Shown piece after piece: positions 1-12,400 of a stretch of DNA of 60,000 nucleotides (position 1 is the stretch's first letter; each line of letters starts with the position of its first letter). Origin of the DNA: Botryllus schlosseri (Eukaryota); contig CM119372.1 in assembly GCA_051294905.1 (NCBI GenBank), forward strand, positions 4,342,001-4,402,000. Reading direction: 5' to 3'. A model generated the notes under the pieces. The model searched no databases. It was given only the letters and a program-made list of their open reading frames with translations, and was not told the DNA's origin. The translations under genes were made by a program, and so were the position numbers.

Positions 1-268
1 ATTATATCATTTGATTGCTCTAGTTGATACATTTGGTGACGTTTAAAAAGTCAGCATGAACTTCAGCATTGTGGCATAATGTGGACCGAGTCGTCTCTAG
101 GTATCGTGTAAAATGTACATTAATATATCGCTTCGCTGAAATGTAGGGTTGGAATTAGCAATATCACGTCACTAGACGTCATAGGTTCACGTTCGCGTGC
201 ACGCAGAACCTTCCAAAAAGGTTCGCTTTACACGAACCTGAAATTTTCAGAGGCTCACGCCATCCTCA
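1..268. mobile_element. End of a TAGGGATGG-terminus MITE (GTTCACGTTC-motif family)
   Basis: Collinear with 55060-55178 plus 57344-57476; its end is the reverse complement of the start of 13342-14025. Confidence 0.75.
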
Positions 269-766
269 CAAGTTAGCATCACTTTTATGAGTGAAATTGA
301 CGTAAAACCCCTCGACCAAGACCTCACCCACTTGAAGTAGGTTTGCCATATCTCGGGCATCGATACTTCTACTTGTAATTGAGTAGAACTTTATGGTGCT
401 ATTTCTACTTGAGTGGCAACGCAACCTATACTTTGACCACATCTGAGATGAACACGCATAGGGGTGAAATATCCATGCTGTATCAACCCTATAGTCCAAC
501 ACAGAAACATAATCCATTATAAGTTATTGTATAATTGGGAATTGGTAACAGAACATTTGTTTGTAGGTTGGTTAACACGTTGTGTGAACATAATTATCAT
601 TGTAAAGCACGATCGAACAACAAGATCTACACGTGTGAAAATAACTCGCTTCGATTCAATATAGGCGTTACGTTATATTCTGGAGATGCTCCAATTGAAT
701 TAGGCTAGACAATATAGAACGGGCCACGCTACGAATCGAGTTACAAACAACGGATCGGTTACATAC

Positions 767-3700
767 CGGCGCTTTTATTCTTGTTTTTGTTTGAATCTTC
801 ATCGGTGTTTGGTACGAGGCGAAGGCTCTGAATTTTGCAACCAGCATCCCACAAAGCTAACGACGATTCTACGTCATCCTCGATCGTGAGCAAGTAATTC
901 TGAAATTGCAGTCATGGTCATTGTTGCGGTATTGCGCAGCTAAATTTTGCAGCTTTTCTAAATTATAATAAGAATTAGAATTATAACTACAATATTTTCC
1001 AAAATAGATTAGAATTAGAATTACTGCATTCACGAAAACTTGGTAATTGAAGCAAGTTCAATTCATCCTCATAAGCATGAGAATAGCAAATGTCTGTACA
1101 CCAGGCTTGTATTATTTCGCACTATACAGTTCTTCTGTAGCATTTTCAGGAAAACCAGAAATTAGATTAGAATTAGAATTAAAGCATATAAATATTGTAC
1201 AAATTAATCTAGAATCAGATTACCAGCATTTCACGCTAATTAGTTTAATTAGACAACTAGGATCATCCATATAGATGTCCAAGTCTGCACAGTTGAACAA
1301 CGCTGATCGACGGCGTAAGAACTCGGTACAGTTTATTTGCGGAAGGTCCATTTAAATTGTGATGATTTATTCATTATTATGCATACTATTCCCTGGTGAA
1401 TATCCTTTACAACTGTTGATGTAGCATGTATCACGTAATGCACGCATCGTGTAACACCAAAAACAAAAGAGGGCTTACATTAATAATTCTTTACCGGGGG
1501 GCCACAGGGGCATTTCGAAGCGGACCATCGGGCTATTGATAAAACATTATAGCCCGTGCAAAGCGATTTTAACTCGTCATATTATACCGTGAAATATGTC
1601 TTCATTCTTCATTTTGCCAAATTTATCCTACTCAAACTTTGCGGTCGACTGTCACTATAGCTGCAAATCACGTTAGAAAAGATGGGGAGGCTAATTCGAA
1701 ATTAAGTAGAGACGTGAAAGATGAGCATTTTTTCAGTCAACACGGTATTATTGGTCATAAAAACTTCAAAATCACACGTTTTCTTTTCCGGTAGCAGAGC
1801 TTTCAGAATTTTTTAGAAGTGTCCGCTTTTTTGATTCTCAAAAATATTATAACCCTACGTAACGATAACAATAAAAGAGACCTGCTTATGGCATATGTGT
1901 ATCATAGAGTTGGTGAATAATAAACTACTCGTACTCTATAGGAGTATACTCAAGTGTATTTGGCCTATTGCACTACACTTCTACTTGTCTGGTTTTGGAG
2001 AAAAATTAATTCGTTTTGACACATGGGATTTGGCAAGTATAATGTAGTTTTTGGATAAGTTTACATTCCTTTCACCAGTGCCATGGTCATTGCAGCCGGA
2101 CAAATTATCCACTACGTGGCGGTAACTGAGTATATTTCGAAAATTTCTCTGTTTGTGACGTTATTTGCTATTTTGCGTTGCTCTTGCATTTAAAATCGTA
2201 GACGGCTCTCATCAACTGCTATAAGTTTGTGACTTCTATACAGACCAAATCTACTTCAGTAATTTTCATACCTTCCATTTTCTACATGTACTAGAAGCAG
2301 ATTTTGGCAAATCTTAGAAATCGCTATTTCTAGTCGTAATTGAGTAGAAATTCACGACATAGCACCTCAGCTGCTACTTGAGCAGGAAAGCTTACCATAC
2401 TTAGAGCAACTATAGCCATATGGCAAAACGAGGTTAACAGCGTAATCCCGATTCGGTACGCAGGCTGTACATGATGTTACCAAGTAATCAAATTAGTCAT
2501 CATCTCTAATTAGAATTTTAGCTTTATTGTGTCATTGAATAATATATTCGTATTGAAATATACCTGAATATTCTCGGCTGAGTATACTCGAATTTTCATA
2601 CCGGCGACAATGTTCTTTCCAATTCTCTACTTGTTGTCAACGATTACCCCTGCTGACGAGTGTCAGCCGAAAATATTCCGGTTCATTATATTATGAATAT
2701 ACTACTCAATTGTGTGTCCAAGTTCTTTACCTCTATAATGATAATATGAAAGGTGATAAGTGTTGCAACCAACCCGATAGTTCATAAACTGCATTTTTCG
2801 AACTGTACTGAGAAACGTCCCGGTACCGAAAGTATAAAGTGTTGTGAGGTCGGTAGTGTCCCACACACGAACATGAATGCGCCCACAGCTAGGCTCGTCC
2901 ATTCCCGTTTCATCTAAGTCACCAGAAGTATGTTCCGTGGAGGCCAACGCGCTTTCTCCTTGCGAACTTGCAATCCTATCGTTGTCAGGGTGCACTGCAA
3001 TACTATCGACTGCACATGAAGTGACAGGCTAATAAAAGCACTGTGTCGTAATGTTTTACCATGTTATCGGGCCTGAATGGTCGAGGTAGTGACGCTGGGT
3101 GTTCCTGGCGTGGTTGTACAGAATGACGACACATCCTGATCCGTAGACGATCTCCTCGTCTCCGAGAACAGCCATGCTTTGGACATGAGTCGTGTCGCAT
3201 CCGTACCTTGATTTATTAGGGTATGATTATCACGCATGCACTATACATGCGTATAAGCTACACATATATATAGTAAAGATGAGACAGCATGAATTCTGAA
3301 TATCATACAATCTTACAATTTTAATTGTCACTCCTTAACGGATTTCGATTTTGACATGATGCGACATGAATTCGGGATTTAGACTGTGTAAAATAAATAC
3401 ATTATATAAGACAGGGGCCTCCAACCTATCTATGGTCACTACCCCAAATTTCGATATGAAGTTGTTCGCGACCCCGCTCTCAATTTGACGTGCTGATTAC
3501 TAGTCAAGCAGGCGATTGTGCGCAGTAATAGCAATTATGCAATTATGAACTCGTCGACCCCCGTCTATTAAGACTACAGCAACGTATGGCGGTCAGTAAA
3601 TAAAAACTTCCCCTTTTTTTTAAGTGCCCATGAAGTATGTTTTGCCTATTATACTTGTGTCATACTTACTCAATTGGGTATCAATTTATCATTCTAGGTC

Positions 3701-5998
3701 AGTGGTTCGCGACCGCCGGTCGGCGTTGTTTCCTGTCGGTCCGCCTAATATATTAGAATTTGATATCTCAATTCCCAAATGCAAAAAGATGGACGCTTGT
3801 CCACTAAATAGACTGATAAAACATGAAGTGGTAAATAGATTGACCAGTTTGGAACGTATTTTCTGCATGGCGTCGTAATAAAGATTTCATGACCCACTTC
3901 TAGCGCACGTCACAATGGCGAAAGTGTTGTACGAAAATGTTGAAAGTAGCCTAATTCGTTTCGGACAAGTTATATATGAAAACCACGGAGACAAACTTCT
4001 CTAACTTCTGGCAATGTAGTTAAGCGACACTTATCAGTACAATGGAGGCTATAGCAGAAAGCAACGTCGCATTTATTCCTTTAGAGACACCAAACAATCA
4101 CAATAAACTTAGTGGTCTTAAACATGACTTCGCGAACTTCGTCTTGCACAAACGTCAATAGTACCACGCATAAATATCGAATAATAAAATGGCAAATGAA
4201 ACATTAATTGAATTTTGCAACATTACATTTGAGATGCATATATAAATTTATTGTAAAGAGATTTAGTGTTAATCATGATTTTGGAAGGTTCAACGGTCCG
4301 CAACATTTGCTTCGAAGTTTGCCTACCCGCGAGTCCAAAAAGGTTGAAAACCACTATTCTAGGCTACTTCTACGCTGAACGTTTATTAGGCAAAACAAGG
4401 GCTAGAATACTTACTTACTTGTTTCTTACTTGAAATGCACTACTTTTACGTGTAGTTGAGTATAAATTTACCACGTTTTTACTACTTCTACTTGAGTATC
4501 GGTGATAACTGCTTTATTCCCCTCTCCAGACAGGTGACTGAATAAATAAATATACAACAACTATATATTATATGACACACTCATCTGTTACTATACATGC
4601 TCGCGATATAATGATGTCTAATCAACTTACACCCAATCGACCTCCAGATCTGGCTGTGAGGAGGTTTGCAAGCTCTCTACGGCATCCACATATTCGCGAT
4701 TATGATACCACTCGGGCGGGTACATGGTCACGCGAAATCCGCCGACATTCACGTCCTCGCCGCCGAAGTCCGCTATGCTCTTCGTCTCGAAATTAGCTTC
4801 GGGCGTTTCGCTGTCGTCACTGTCGCTCAACGAGAGATTCAAGTCCCGAGACCCGTCTTCGGTTGTGAAGCTGTCCGTGGATCCACTGGGGTGTTCCGGG
4901 CAGTCTTCTATTGACTTTTTATCATTTTCATCTACCTCAGTCGCATTAGAATGTTGGCTTTCGCATTCGCTTTCTTGTGCTGGACACTGCGCTGAATCTT
5001 TCACAAGGTTTACTTCTGTTTCTATTGCGTCAGATATTGGAGTTTCTTTCTCGGTATTAATACTGCATTCATCACGAGCCAGGCATGAAGACTGTACTCT
5101 CAAATCGGGTGCTGTTTCAGAAGCATCATGTCTTACTTCTGGTTGAATATCAATCACTTGACTATGCAAAGAATCGGAGTCCGGAGCACATTCATGAGTA
5201 GGATTCGGGTCAATGTCGTTTTGTGTTTTGGCATTCAAGTTTTCTGAAACGGATGGAGCTGTATCGCTATTTTCTGATGCCGGAACAGTTTCAGAAGTTT
5301 GATCAGTAATCTGTTCCGTATCTTCAACTGTGATAGTTATGACGAACGTATCTTCCTCCTTGTTTATCGATTTTTTCGTCTTTTCCTTTGATGCAGGCAG
5401 AATAGGTACCGTGTTATCTTCTGCGATTGGACCCAATGGGTCGTCAGTTCGAGGCAACATCAGCGGCTCTTGGTGAGGAATAGTCAAATAGTCCATTTTC
5501 AGTTCATTGCCTTGAGTTATCTCTTCGTGATCAGAAGCACCGCCGCCGTTCTCCATCAGAATTTCGAGGATGTTTTCTCCGCGGCTGACCTCAGTATTGC
5601 GTGAATCGGTTTTGTCGATCACGGTAGGTGGTATGTGGTCATCTGCCGAAATCAGGTCTCTCATCCTGCCCGTCACAGACGAGACGTTGGCTATCAGTCG
5701 CGAAGCTTTTCGGAAGCGATCCCTCGACATTCGCTTCTCCATTTTACGGAATTCGGGCCGATTTTTGTAGTGCAGAGACGCCGCGTCGTGTTTTCTGTGT
5801 GAAAAGATTGACTTGTAATGGTTACGTGTCGAGTAAATGTAAATATGTGGCTTCATACATGTTGTTGGCGCCGTTTTCAATTTCAGCCACGCTGTTCCTA
5901 AGAGCTTTGACGCTGTCTCGTCCTTGGAAAGAAATTACGGCGTTTACAACATGGATAAATGCAGCTTCACACACTATATATGGCGAATGGATTGGATA
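767..5998 (-). CDS. EML/EMAP-like microtubule-associated protein (HELP motif + WD40), multi-exon, continues beyond the left edge
   Basis: In-phase GT-AG exons 5998-5859 (tentative), 5794-4631, 3206-3060, 3002-2774, 899-767. Spliced peptide: ...VNVGGFRVTMYPPEW...PDLEVDWV|YGCDTTHVQSMAVLGDEEIVYGSGCVVILYNHARNTQRHYLDHSGPITC|IAVHPDNDRIASSQG...HVRVWDTTDLTTLYTFGTGTF...|NYLLTIEDDVESSLALWD. This parallels EML motifs (LEWVYG, QRHYLGH, LAIHPD, HVRVWD). Confidence 0.85.
940..1289. repeat. ATTAGA-rich repeat family with CAGACTTGGAC terminus
   Basis: Degenerate (ATTAGA)n tracts and end GTCCAAGTCTG. Related copies near 11410-11790, 15329-15670, 17720-17860, 23710-23917, 33720-33992, 41160-41270. Confidence 0.65.
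1935..2420. repeat. TACTCAAGT/CTACTTG-motif repeat family
   Basis: Collinear similarity with 45270-46150 (itself interrupted by the 45527-45919 MITE); fragments at 340-440 and 4360-4500. Confidence 0.55.
3700..4356. mobile_element. hAT-Charlie-like MITE
   Basis: Ends CAGTGGTTCGCGACC / GGTTGAAAACCACTA; TSD TTCTAGGT/TTCTAGGC. Second copy at 40146-41149. Confidence 0.8.
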
Positions 5999-6035
5999 CT
6001 GTTGCAATAATATTGTCATTGGATATACACCACAC

Positions 6036-8307
6036 TAGGGTTGTTTAAAATGACTTTTTTCCGAATTTTGCGGATATTTTATAAAATTGTTAAGTGGCCT
6101 AAAAATACTTTGCACACCAAATTTGTCTCATAGTACATGTGAAGCTATAGGACAGGGGTAGCCAAGCTTTTTGCCATTCACGGCCGCATTTCGACTTAAT
6201 GTAGCCTACAGCCGCATTCCGGGGCATAGTCCTAATAAACTAGCTGGACGCCAAATACCCATGTTAAGTGTCTGTGGCCATTCCCGGTGAACTCCGGAGT
6301 AAGCTATTACATCATAACTTACTTACTGGCTTAGTATACGCACCAAAGTCGCGATTGATGACTGCGTGATCAAGTTTCGGGAATGCTCATAGTCGCGCAT
6401 TGATTGGAAAGGGCGCTACGATATGGTAAAATCCAAAAATGAAGCATCATTGAATCGCGCTCAGCGCGAACAAAATTTCAAGATCAGCTAAAATCTCTCA
6501 AGACGTCGAGAGTCAATTAGTAAATTCAAATTGCATGTCGACGGCCGCCAACACATACTAATTGAATCACGTGTCCACGGCCGCACAAATTCGCTTCTAC
6601 GGCCGCAGGTTCGCCGCCATAGGAGTTTGAAAATTTCGAATTTAATATAAAAGAAAATTCTTCAAATTTTACCGTATAGGCCAGGGGTGGGCAAACTACG
6701 GCCCGCGGGCCGCATGCGGCCCGCAACACCGTTCTGTGCGGCCCGCGAGAGTCTAAAGAAACAGATTAAAAAAATATTGATAAAAAGCGTACTAAAAATC
6801 GAATTAATGCAGGCACGTGATTAAAATTTTTCTTAGTATATTTCACCATGATAATTCTAAGGCAGTGGTTCTCAAATTGGGGTGGGCGCGGAGTGAAAAC
6901 ATCTGAAGGGGGTCGCGAAGCTGAGCTCAACTGAATTTTTTTCGCGCTTCGCGCGATTTACATATTATTCATGGTTATTGCTCTGTATTTAGTCTGAATT
7001 TCATATTTAAAATTCTCTCATCCACAGTCGTAACCTTCCATGCCATCAAACTATCGGCTATGTTTGCTAGCATCCGAGTATGTCACGTTTTGTGATATGA
7101 CGATAAGTGGGGCGCGAAATCTTTCACCATCATAAGGGGGCGTGTCTTAAAAAGAACAACTGTTCTAAGTTAAATACTTACTATATTATTTCTTATATTT
7201 AATTTCTGGCGCGACGGCCCGATCTCGAGGCCCACGAAGTTTGAAGGGTTTCAACTGCTAAACATCACAGAAATCCTAAACGACACTTGACATAATTCGG
7301 ATCACGACTCACGAGTGTGATTTCAGATTGGCCACTCCAGTTTTAATCATTTCAGTGATGTGCTTATAAAAAATGATTCGCGCGTGTCTTAATTAGGTAC
7401 ATTCGTTCTCTGTATGCGTAGAATTAGGGTATTTATATTTTATCTACACATATGGTAGAAGCGTGTTTGAAGCTACCATGGTTATGATGCTGTCAGCATT
7501 GTGTGGCCTGGAACTGAACCGAAAGCGGAATTACTAAATCTATGAACAGACCGCTCTTCACAGATTTAAATTTCAATCTTGTTCTAAGATTCGGGATAAC
7601 CGACTTTCATCTCTACTATAGTTTTGACAAATTGGTTATTGAGGTCGGCCAGCCTATGAAATCTAGCCACTGTTTCTGACGTGTGTACGATATCATCAAA
7701 GCAATCTTTGGTTTGTTTTAAATAGGCATATATATTATCTTCATGTCCTCACTATATAATCAAACACCAATAATGCGTTTTGGTTTATAATCTCAATTTT
7801 ATATAGTGCGGCCCGCGAATGGATTCAGATGTTGAATGCGGCCCGCGAGCTCAAAAGTTTGCCCACCCCTGGTATAGGCCTACCTCATGACATTGTTGAG
7901 TTGTCAATACGAAAACGATACAAAACAAATTTGACGCGATTCCAACCAGTAAAGCGAATTTATTTGAGTTTTTCATCAATAATTTTCGGATTACCCACTG
8001 TCAAAGCTTTTTTTCGCAAATCCGAAATTTTCAACTGTAATAACATCGCTTCTACCAGTTGGAATGAGCAAAAATCGCTATGCATCGTTAATTTAGACAA
8101 ATCAACAATTTCATGCGGTTAACAGTAAAATTTGAGAATTTTTTTTTGTCTCTATAATAAATTCAAAACTTTCGAACTTCTGTAGCTTCACATCTAGTTG
8201 TTGGTATTGAGCCAAATTTGGTGTGCAACGTTTTTTTTGTAGCCAACCCAACAATTTTATCAAATAACCGCAAGTTTTTTACATAACTTTTTTTTTGAAC
8301 AGCCCTA
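6036..8307. mobile_element. Foldback TAGGGCT-family MITE with nested insertions
   Basis: Ends TAGGGTTGTTTAAAA / TTTTGAACAGCCCTA; degenerate TSD CACCACAC/CTCCTCAC. Same family as 30872 and 49303. Confidence 0.75.
6682..7871. mobile_element. hAT-Charlie-like MITE (CAGGGGTGGGCAAAC) containing a 300-bp MITE at 6863-7162
   Basis: Perfect TIR CAGGGGTGGGCAAACT and perfect TSD GTATAGGC. Inner element has TSD TTCTAAGG/TTCTAAGT. Family copies at 54244-54972 and from 59269. Confidence 0.9.
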
Positions 8308-8576
8308 CTCCTCACGAATGGTTTAAGGTTCTACACCTGGATAATTTCTACAGCTCTCTCCAGTTTGAATTATTCATCCTCAATTGGTAAATGGATTTAA
8401 CCACACTATAATGCGATCTTTAGCGGAGCATGAAATATATATAGAGCTACCCATCCGTATTGAAGTGTATTAATGGGAGTTTGTATCAATTTATACAACT
8501 AAAGCATAGTATAATGAATAGTCCTGCCATCGGAATTGGATAGATAATGAATGTTGCAAACACCGAGTTGAATGTA

Positions 8577-9182
8577 TTACTTACGTGTCAATCTCTGAGA
8601 CTCTTTCAAATATCTGGAAGCAGTTTCCACATTTATCCCTCGTTGATCTTTGATTAAAACAAGGAAGCTTTCAGCCGTCCTGTCCGGCAATCTACGAATA
8701 ATAGCGAAGGTTACCAACCAAACCTCTCGTTGCAAAGTCGCCATCGCCGCAGACCTCAATCCATTACTTTCCAGAAGCTTCCAAAATTTGCCTTCGTTTT
8801 CAATCCTCGCGTCCGTGGCACATCTACGGAGCTCCATTTGAATGTATCTTACTCTCTGCCTGCTGATGTGACCCATAATGCTTGACAGCGAGATGCGTAT
8901 ATCTGACTCCTGATTCATGACTTTCTAATAGGCTGTCACGTGCAATGTCTGCGAAAACGTAATTACGGCGCCGAAGTCCTACAAGACCCCATCGATGAAA
9001 GCTAGTGTATGTATTGAACATTCTGCGGTGTAGCTTTTACAAAGCCGTGTAACCCAATACCTTTGTGATATATGTATACATCTTCGATTGTTGTAAATTA
9101 AGACGTGGGGATAATTGTCGCCGGCTTTGACAAAGCCTATAGTATATAGCTCACCTGCTGGCTTCATGGCTTCAGACTTCAT
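8577..9182 (-). CDS. Probable coding exons, possibly the 5' part of the EML-like gene
   Basis: 113-aa ORF 8918-8577 ends at a strong donor (C|GTAAGT, 8584). ATG at 9182 is followed by a GTGAGC donor. Non-repetitive sequence; the join to downstream exons could not be resolved. Confidence 0.4.
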
Positions 9183-9412
9183 GTTATATCAAGAAAGAGT
9201 CACTATTTAATCATGTGCTTCGATCATATGCGTTGTAATACTGCAATGTGTAATTATACATATGTGATATCAGATACATCATGCATAGCTACACCAGCAG
9301 AAAAAGCGTTCGATTTTCTACCACTGTAAAACGGGTAAATAAGAATGCGCAAAATGGTATTTTAACACTTATATTCAATTCACAGTGATCTGTTAAATGT
9401 CATGTAATCAAA

Positions 9413-12400
9413 CTAATCGCGTCCCATTTTCCTGAAATAGACGTACATATTATACGCCGTGAATATGGCCAATGATGCAAACGATAGACTCCACATTATG
9501 ACCCCTTGGGTCATCAAAACAGTCAATGCTAGCTGTATTCCGTCACGTCCCGGAAAAGGTGTCGCCAGCTCCATAAATCCAAGCCTGAATAACAGGCATC
9601 GCGTTGGCATTATAGCAGGAACTCTCGGTTCACAAATATCCTCACCTCATTACCATCATTGCTGGTGTGATAACCATAATTGGTGAGACGGTACAGCAGA
9701 CAATAACAGAGAGAAAGAAAAATACGTAGCGGAAGACGTTGTGCCAAAATGTTCTGATCGCGTGTTTCCGAAATTTGCGCGAAATCACCTGTATTATGGA
9801 AAGATCAGTATATGAAATATTTTTAACGGTGGGTGGGCATACAATATAATTCGCTTCCGTGGTAATACCATATCCTAAATATCAAGGTCTAAAATTATCC
9901 GTCGATGAGAAAATCAACACCCGTTTGGTTAGATATTCCATATAATACCTATGTCCCTTCTGATAGTAGGCACGTAAGATAGTTAGCAGGATATATTGGG
10001 AAATTTTACACAATTTGCTTATACAAAATCGACGATAACTTTAGTGATGGTAGAGCTTTTCACCAGCAAGCCATCATGTATAAGCAGGGCCGTAACAGCA
10101 CTTCGTCAGCCCCCCCCCCCAAAACGTTGGCCTTGGGCCCCCCATGGGGTGATAAACCTAACTTCTGGGGGGCGAAGCCCCCCAGACCTCCCTTTGGCTA
10201 TCCGCTTTTTGACGCTATTTCACATCTCCACTGGGTGTCCGTTAGGTCAGACAGCTCTTCCCGCCTAGACGCGCGAAGCGCGAAAAATTTCAGTAATTCA
10301 AGAATGTAATCGGGCGATATGATCGGGAATTACATATATATTGCTATAAATTTTGATCCTCTCTCTGCTCACGTAATCAGATTTACCGGTAATAGAGCTG
10401 AGCGAAGTCTGTTTTAAAACATAGGACCGCCCAATAATAATTAGACATCTTCGGGCGTATACCCGTTGGCAGGAACGAAACAGCACTTCGTCAGCCCCCC
10501 CCCCACACACACAAAAACTTAGGTTTTGGGTTCCCATAGGTTGATAAACCGACCCCTCATCACAGTGTGCACTGTTTAGTGAGCCAGCTCGAAGCGCGAA
10601 AATTTTCGATAATTCATGATACAATCGGCCAATAAGATCGGGAATTGCATAATGCATATATATTGCTATCAATATCTTGTCCTCTCTGCTCACGTTATCA
10701 GATTTACCGGAAACTGTAGGGCCCGTAAATAATAATTAAACATCTTCGGGCGGGCGGACCCGTTGGTATGACTTCGTTACATGATTTTATTTCGTGACCT
10801 CCTGTCTGCTATATCAAAAATATAGAATCACTCTAACGTACTAAACTAAAAAACACCATTTCAAATTGGTGTTTCTTCACTGGCATATATTTTTTTCCTG
10901 CTGGATGGTATTTGTCTTCTGAGGTTCAGATTGCCAAGACAGGAACATATGGCGCCAGTCATTTAGGCGCCTATGGACAATTAAACCTATTATTTGGTAT
11001 ATATAACGAAGTTTTCGGTCTGCGTAAGGGTAGTCCGTTTCGGCCAAGCTTTTCGCGCTGCCGATCGTTCTGGCACACTTCTTGGAGTCGCATGTAATAA
11101 GTCCTAAATCATTATATATCTTGGTGCGTAGTGGCGTGTTAATGGCCAACGCCGATATGTCCATTTCTATAAATCTTGCGTGTTTTTTCTTGGGGGAAGA
11201 GTACCAAATAATGAAGATATTTGGCAGCTTAAAATCGCACGCAGCGCGAAAAATTTTGGAAAAAATTGCATAAATTTTTCAAAAATACTCTATAATTTAT
11301 GCTAATTCACGAAATAATTTGGGACCCCCTTCGAGCTCGGCCCCCCCCCAATTGGGGGGTTTGGGGTGCGGCAGTTACGGTGCTGTGTATAAGATTAGGC
11401 CATGGATAAACAATTCAATATTGTCAACTAGAAAATTTTCAGCTTTTCAAAGTCAAATTCAGATTAAAATTAGAATTGCAGCTACAGAGTGTTTTCCAAA
11501 TTATGTTCGAACTAGAATTACTAAATTTGCAATATCTTTGAAATTGAATCAAATTCTGAATTAGACACGAATACCACTAAATTCAACTTAAGATCATACC
11601 AAATCAGAGTACGTTGTTATAAGCGTGGCAATGGAATATGTCGGTGCACCACAGTTGGCTTGTTTAGCCCTGTACAGTTCTCCTGTAGCATTTTCAGGCA
11701 AACCAGAAATTAGATTCGAACTAAAATTAGAGCATAGAAATATTTCACAAATTAGATTAGAATTATATTACCGTTATTTCGCTCGAACTGATCAAACCCC
11801 AGTAGGTCTATATCTATGGCCGTACTTAACCGATTGACTGGCCCCATATATTGAATCGGGAGTTCTCGTTGGAAATTTTAAGTCCACGTATCGACGTGAT
11901 ACATTTTCAATATCATAATTTTCGTGTATCGCATACTTTTTGCAACTAGATGAAATGACTGCTGTTCGAAAGTATTCTCACCACACATAAAACGATGCCA
12001 CCAGCGACTCCATCGAGAATCTTCGTCAGTACGGAAATCAACAATACTTTAGTCAGTCCGTCGTACAGCCACCACAGAGGTTGCATACCCGAACAATCCC
12101 CGTCTTCAGCGCAATGCCAACACCTGTATATGAATTCATTAAACACACCAAAAGTTCTTTTGTTGAGCTGTCAAAATGAAATCGCCACTGACTCGAATCC
12201 CGTCTTTCCGAGATGATAGGAAGCCGAGTGGACACTCAACGCGCCGGTGATTAGCTGTAGTGGCATGCAGGCCAAGTTCATGACAAACGCAGAAAGAATA
12301 TTACTGTGTCCTGTTACCAATATCACCAGCCTGCAATAAGGGATAATCTGGTTATGTGGCATATTAGAGCTTTGTGCGGAGCTATCTCTATAAATTAGTG

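Noticed and set aside
940..1289. (ATTAGA)n tracts as interstitial telomeric repeats
   Set aside because: Degenerate and embedded in a dispersed family with a shared CAGACTTGGAC terminus.
4572..5146. Plus-strand ORFs overlapping the EML exon
   Set aside because: Antisense shadows of the minus-strand coding exon.
5795..5825. 31-nt intron in the EML-like gene
   Set aside because: An alternative same-phase donor at 5858 (GTATGA) gives an ordinary 64-nt intron, and read-through is also open, so this is not evidence for tiny introns.
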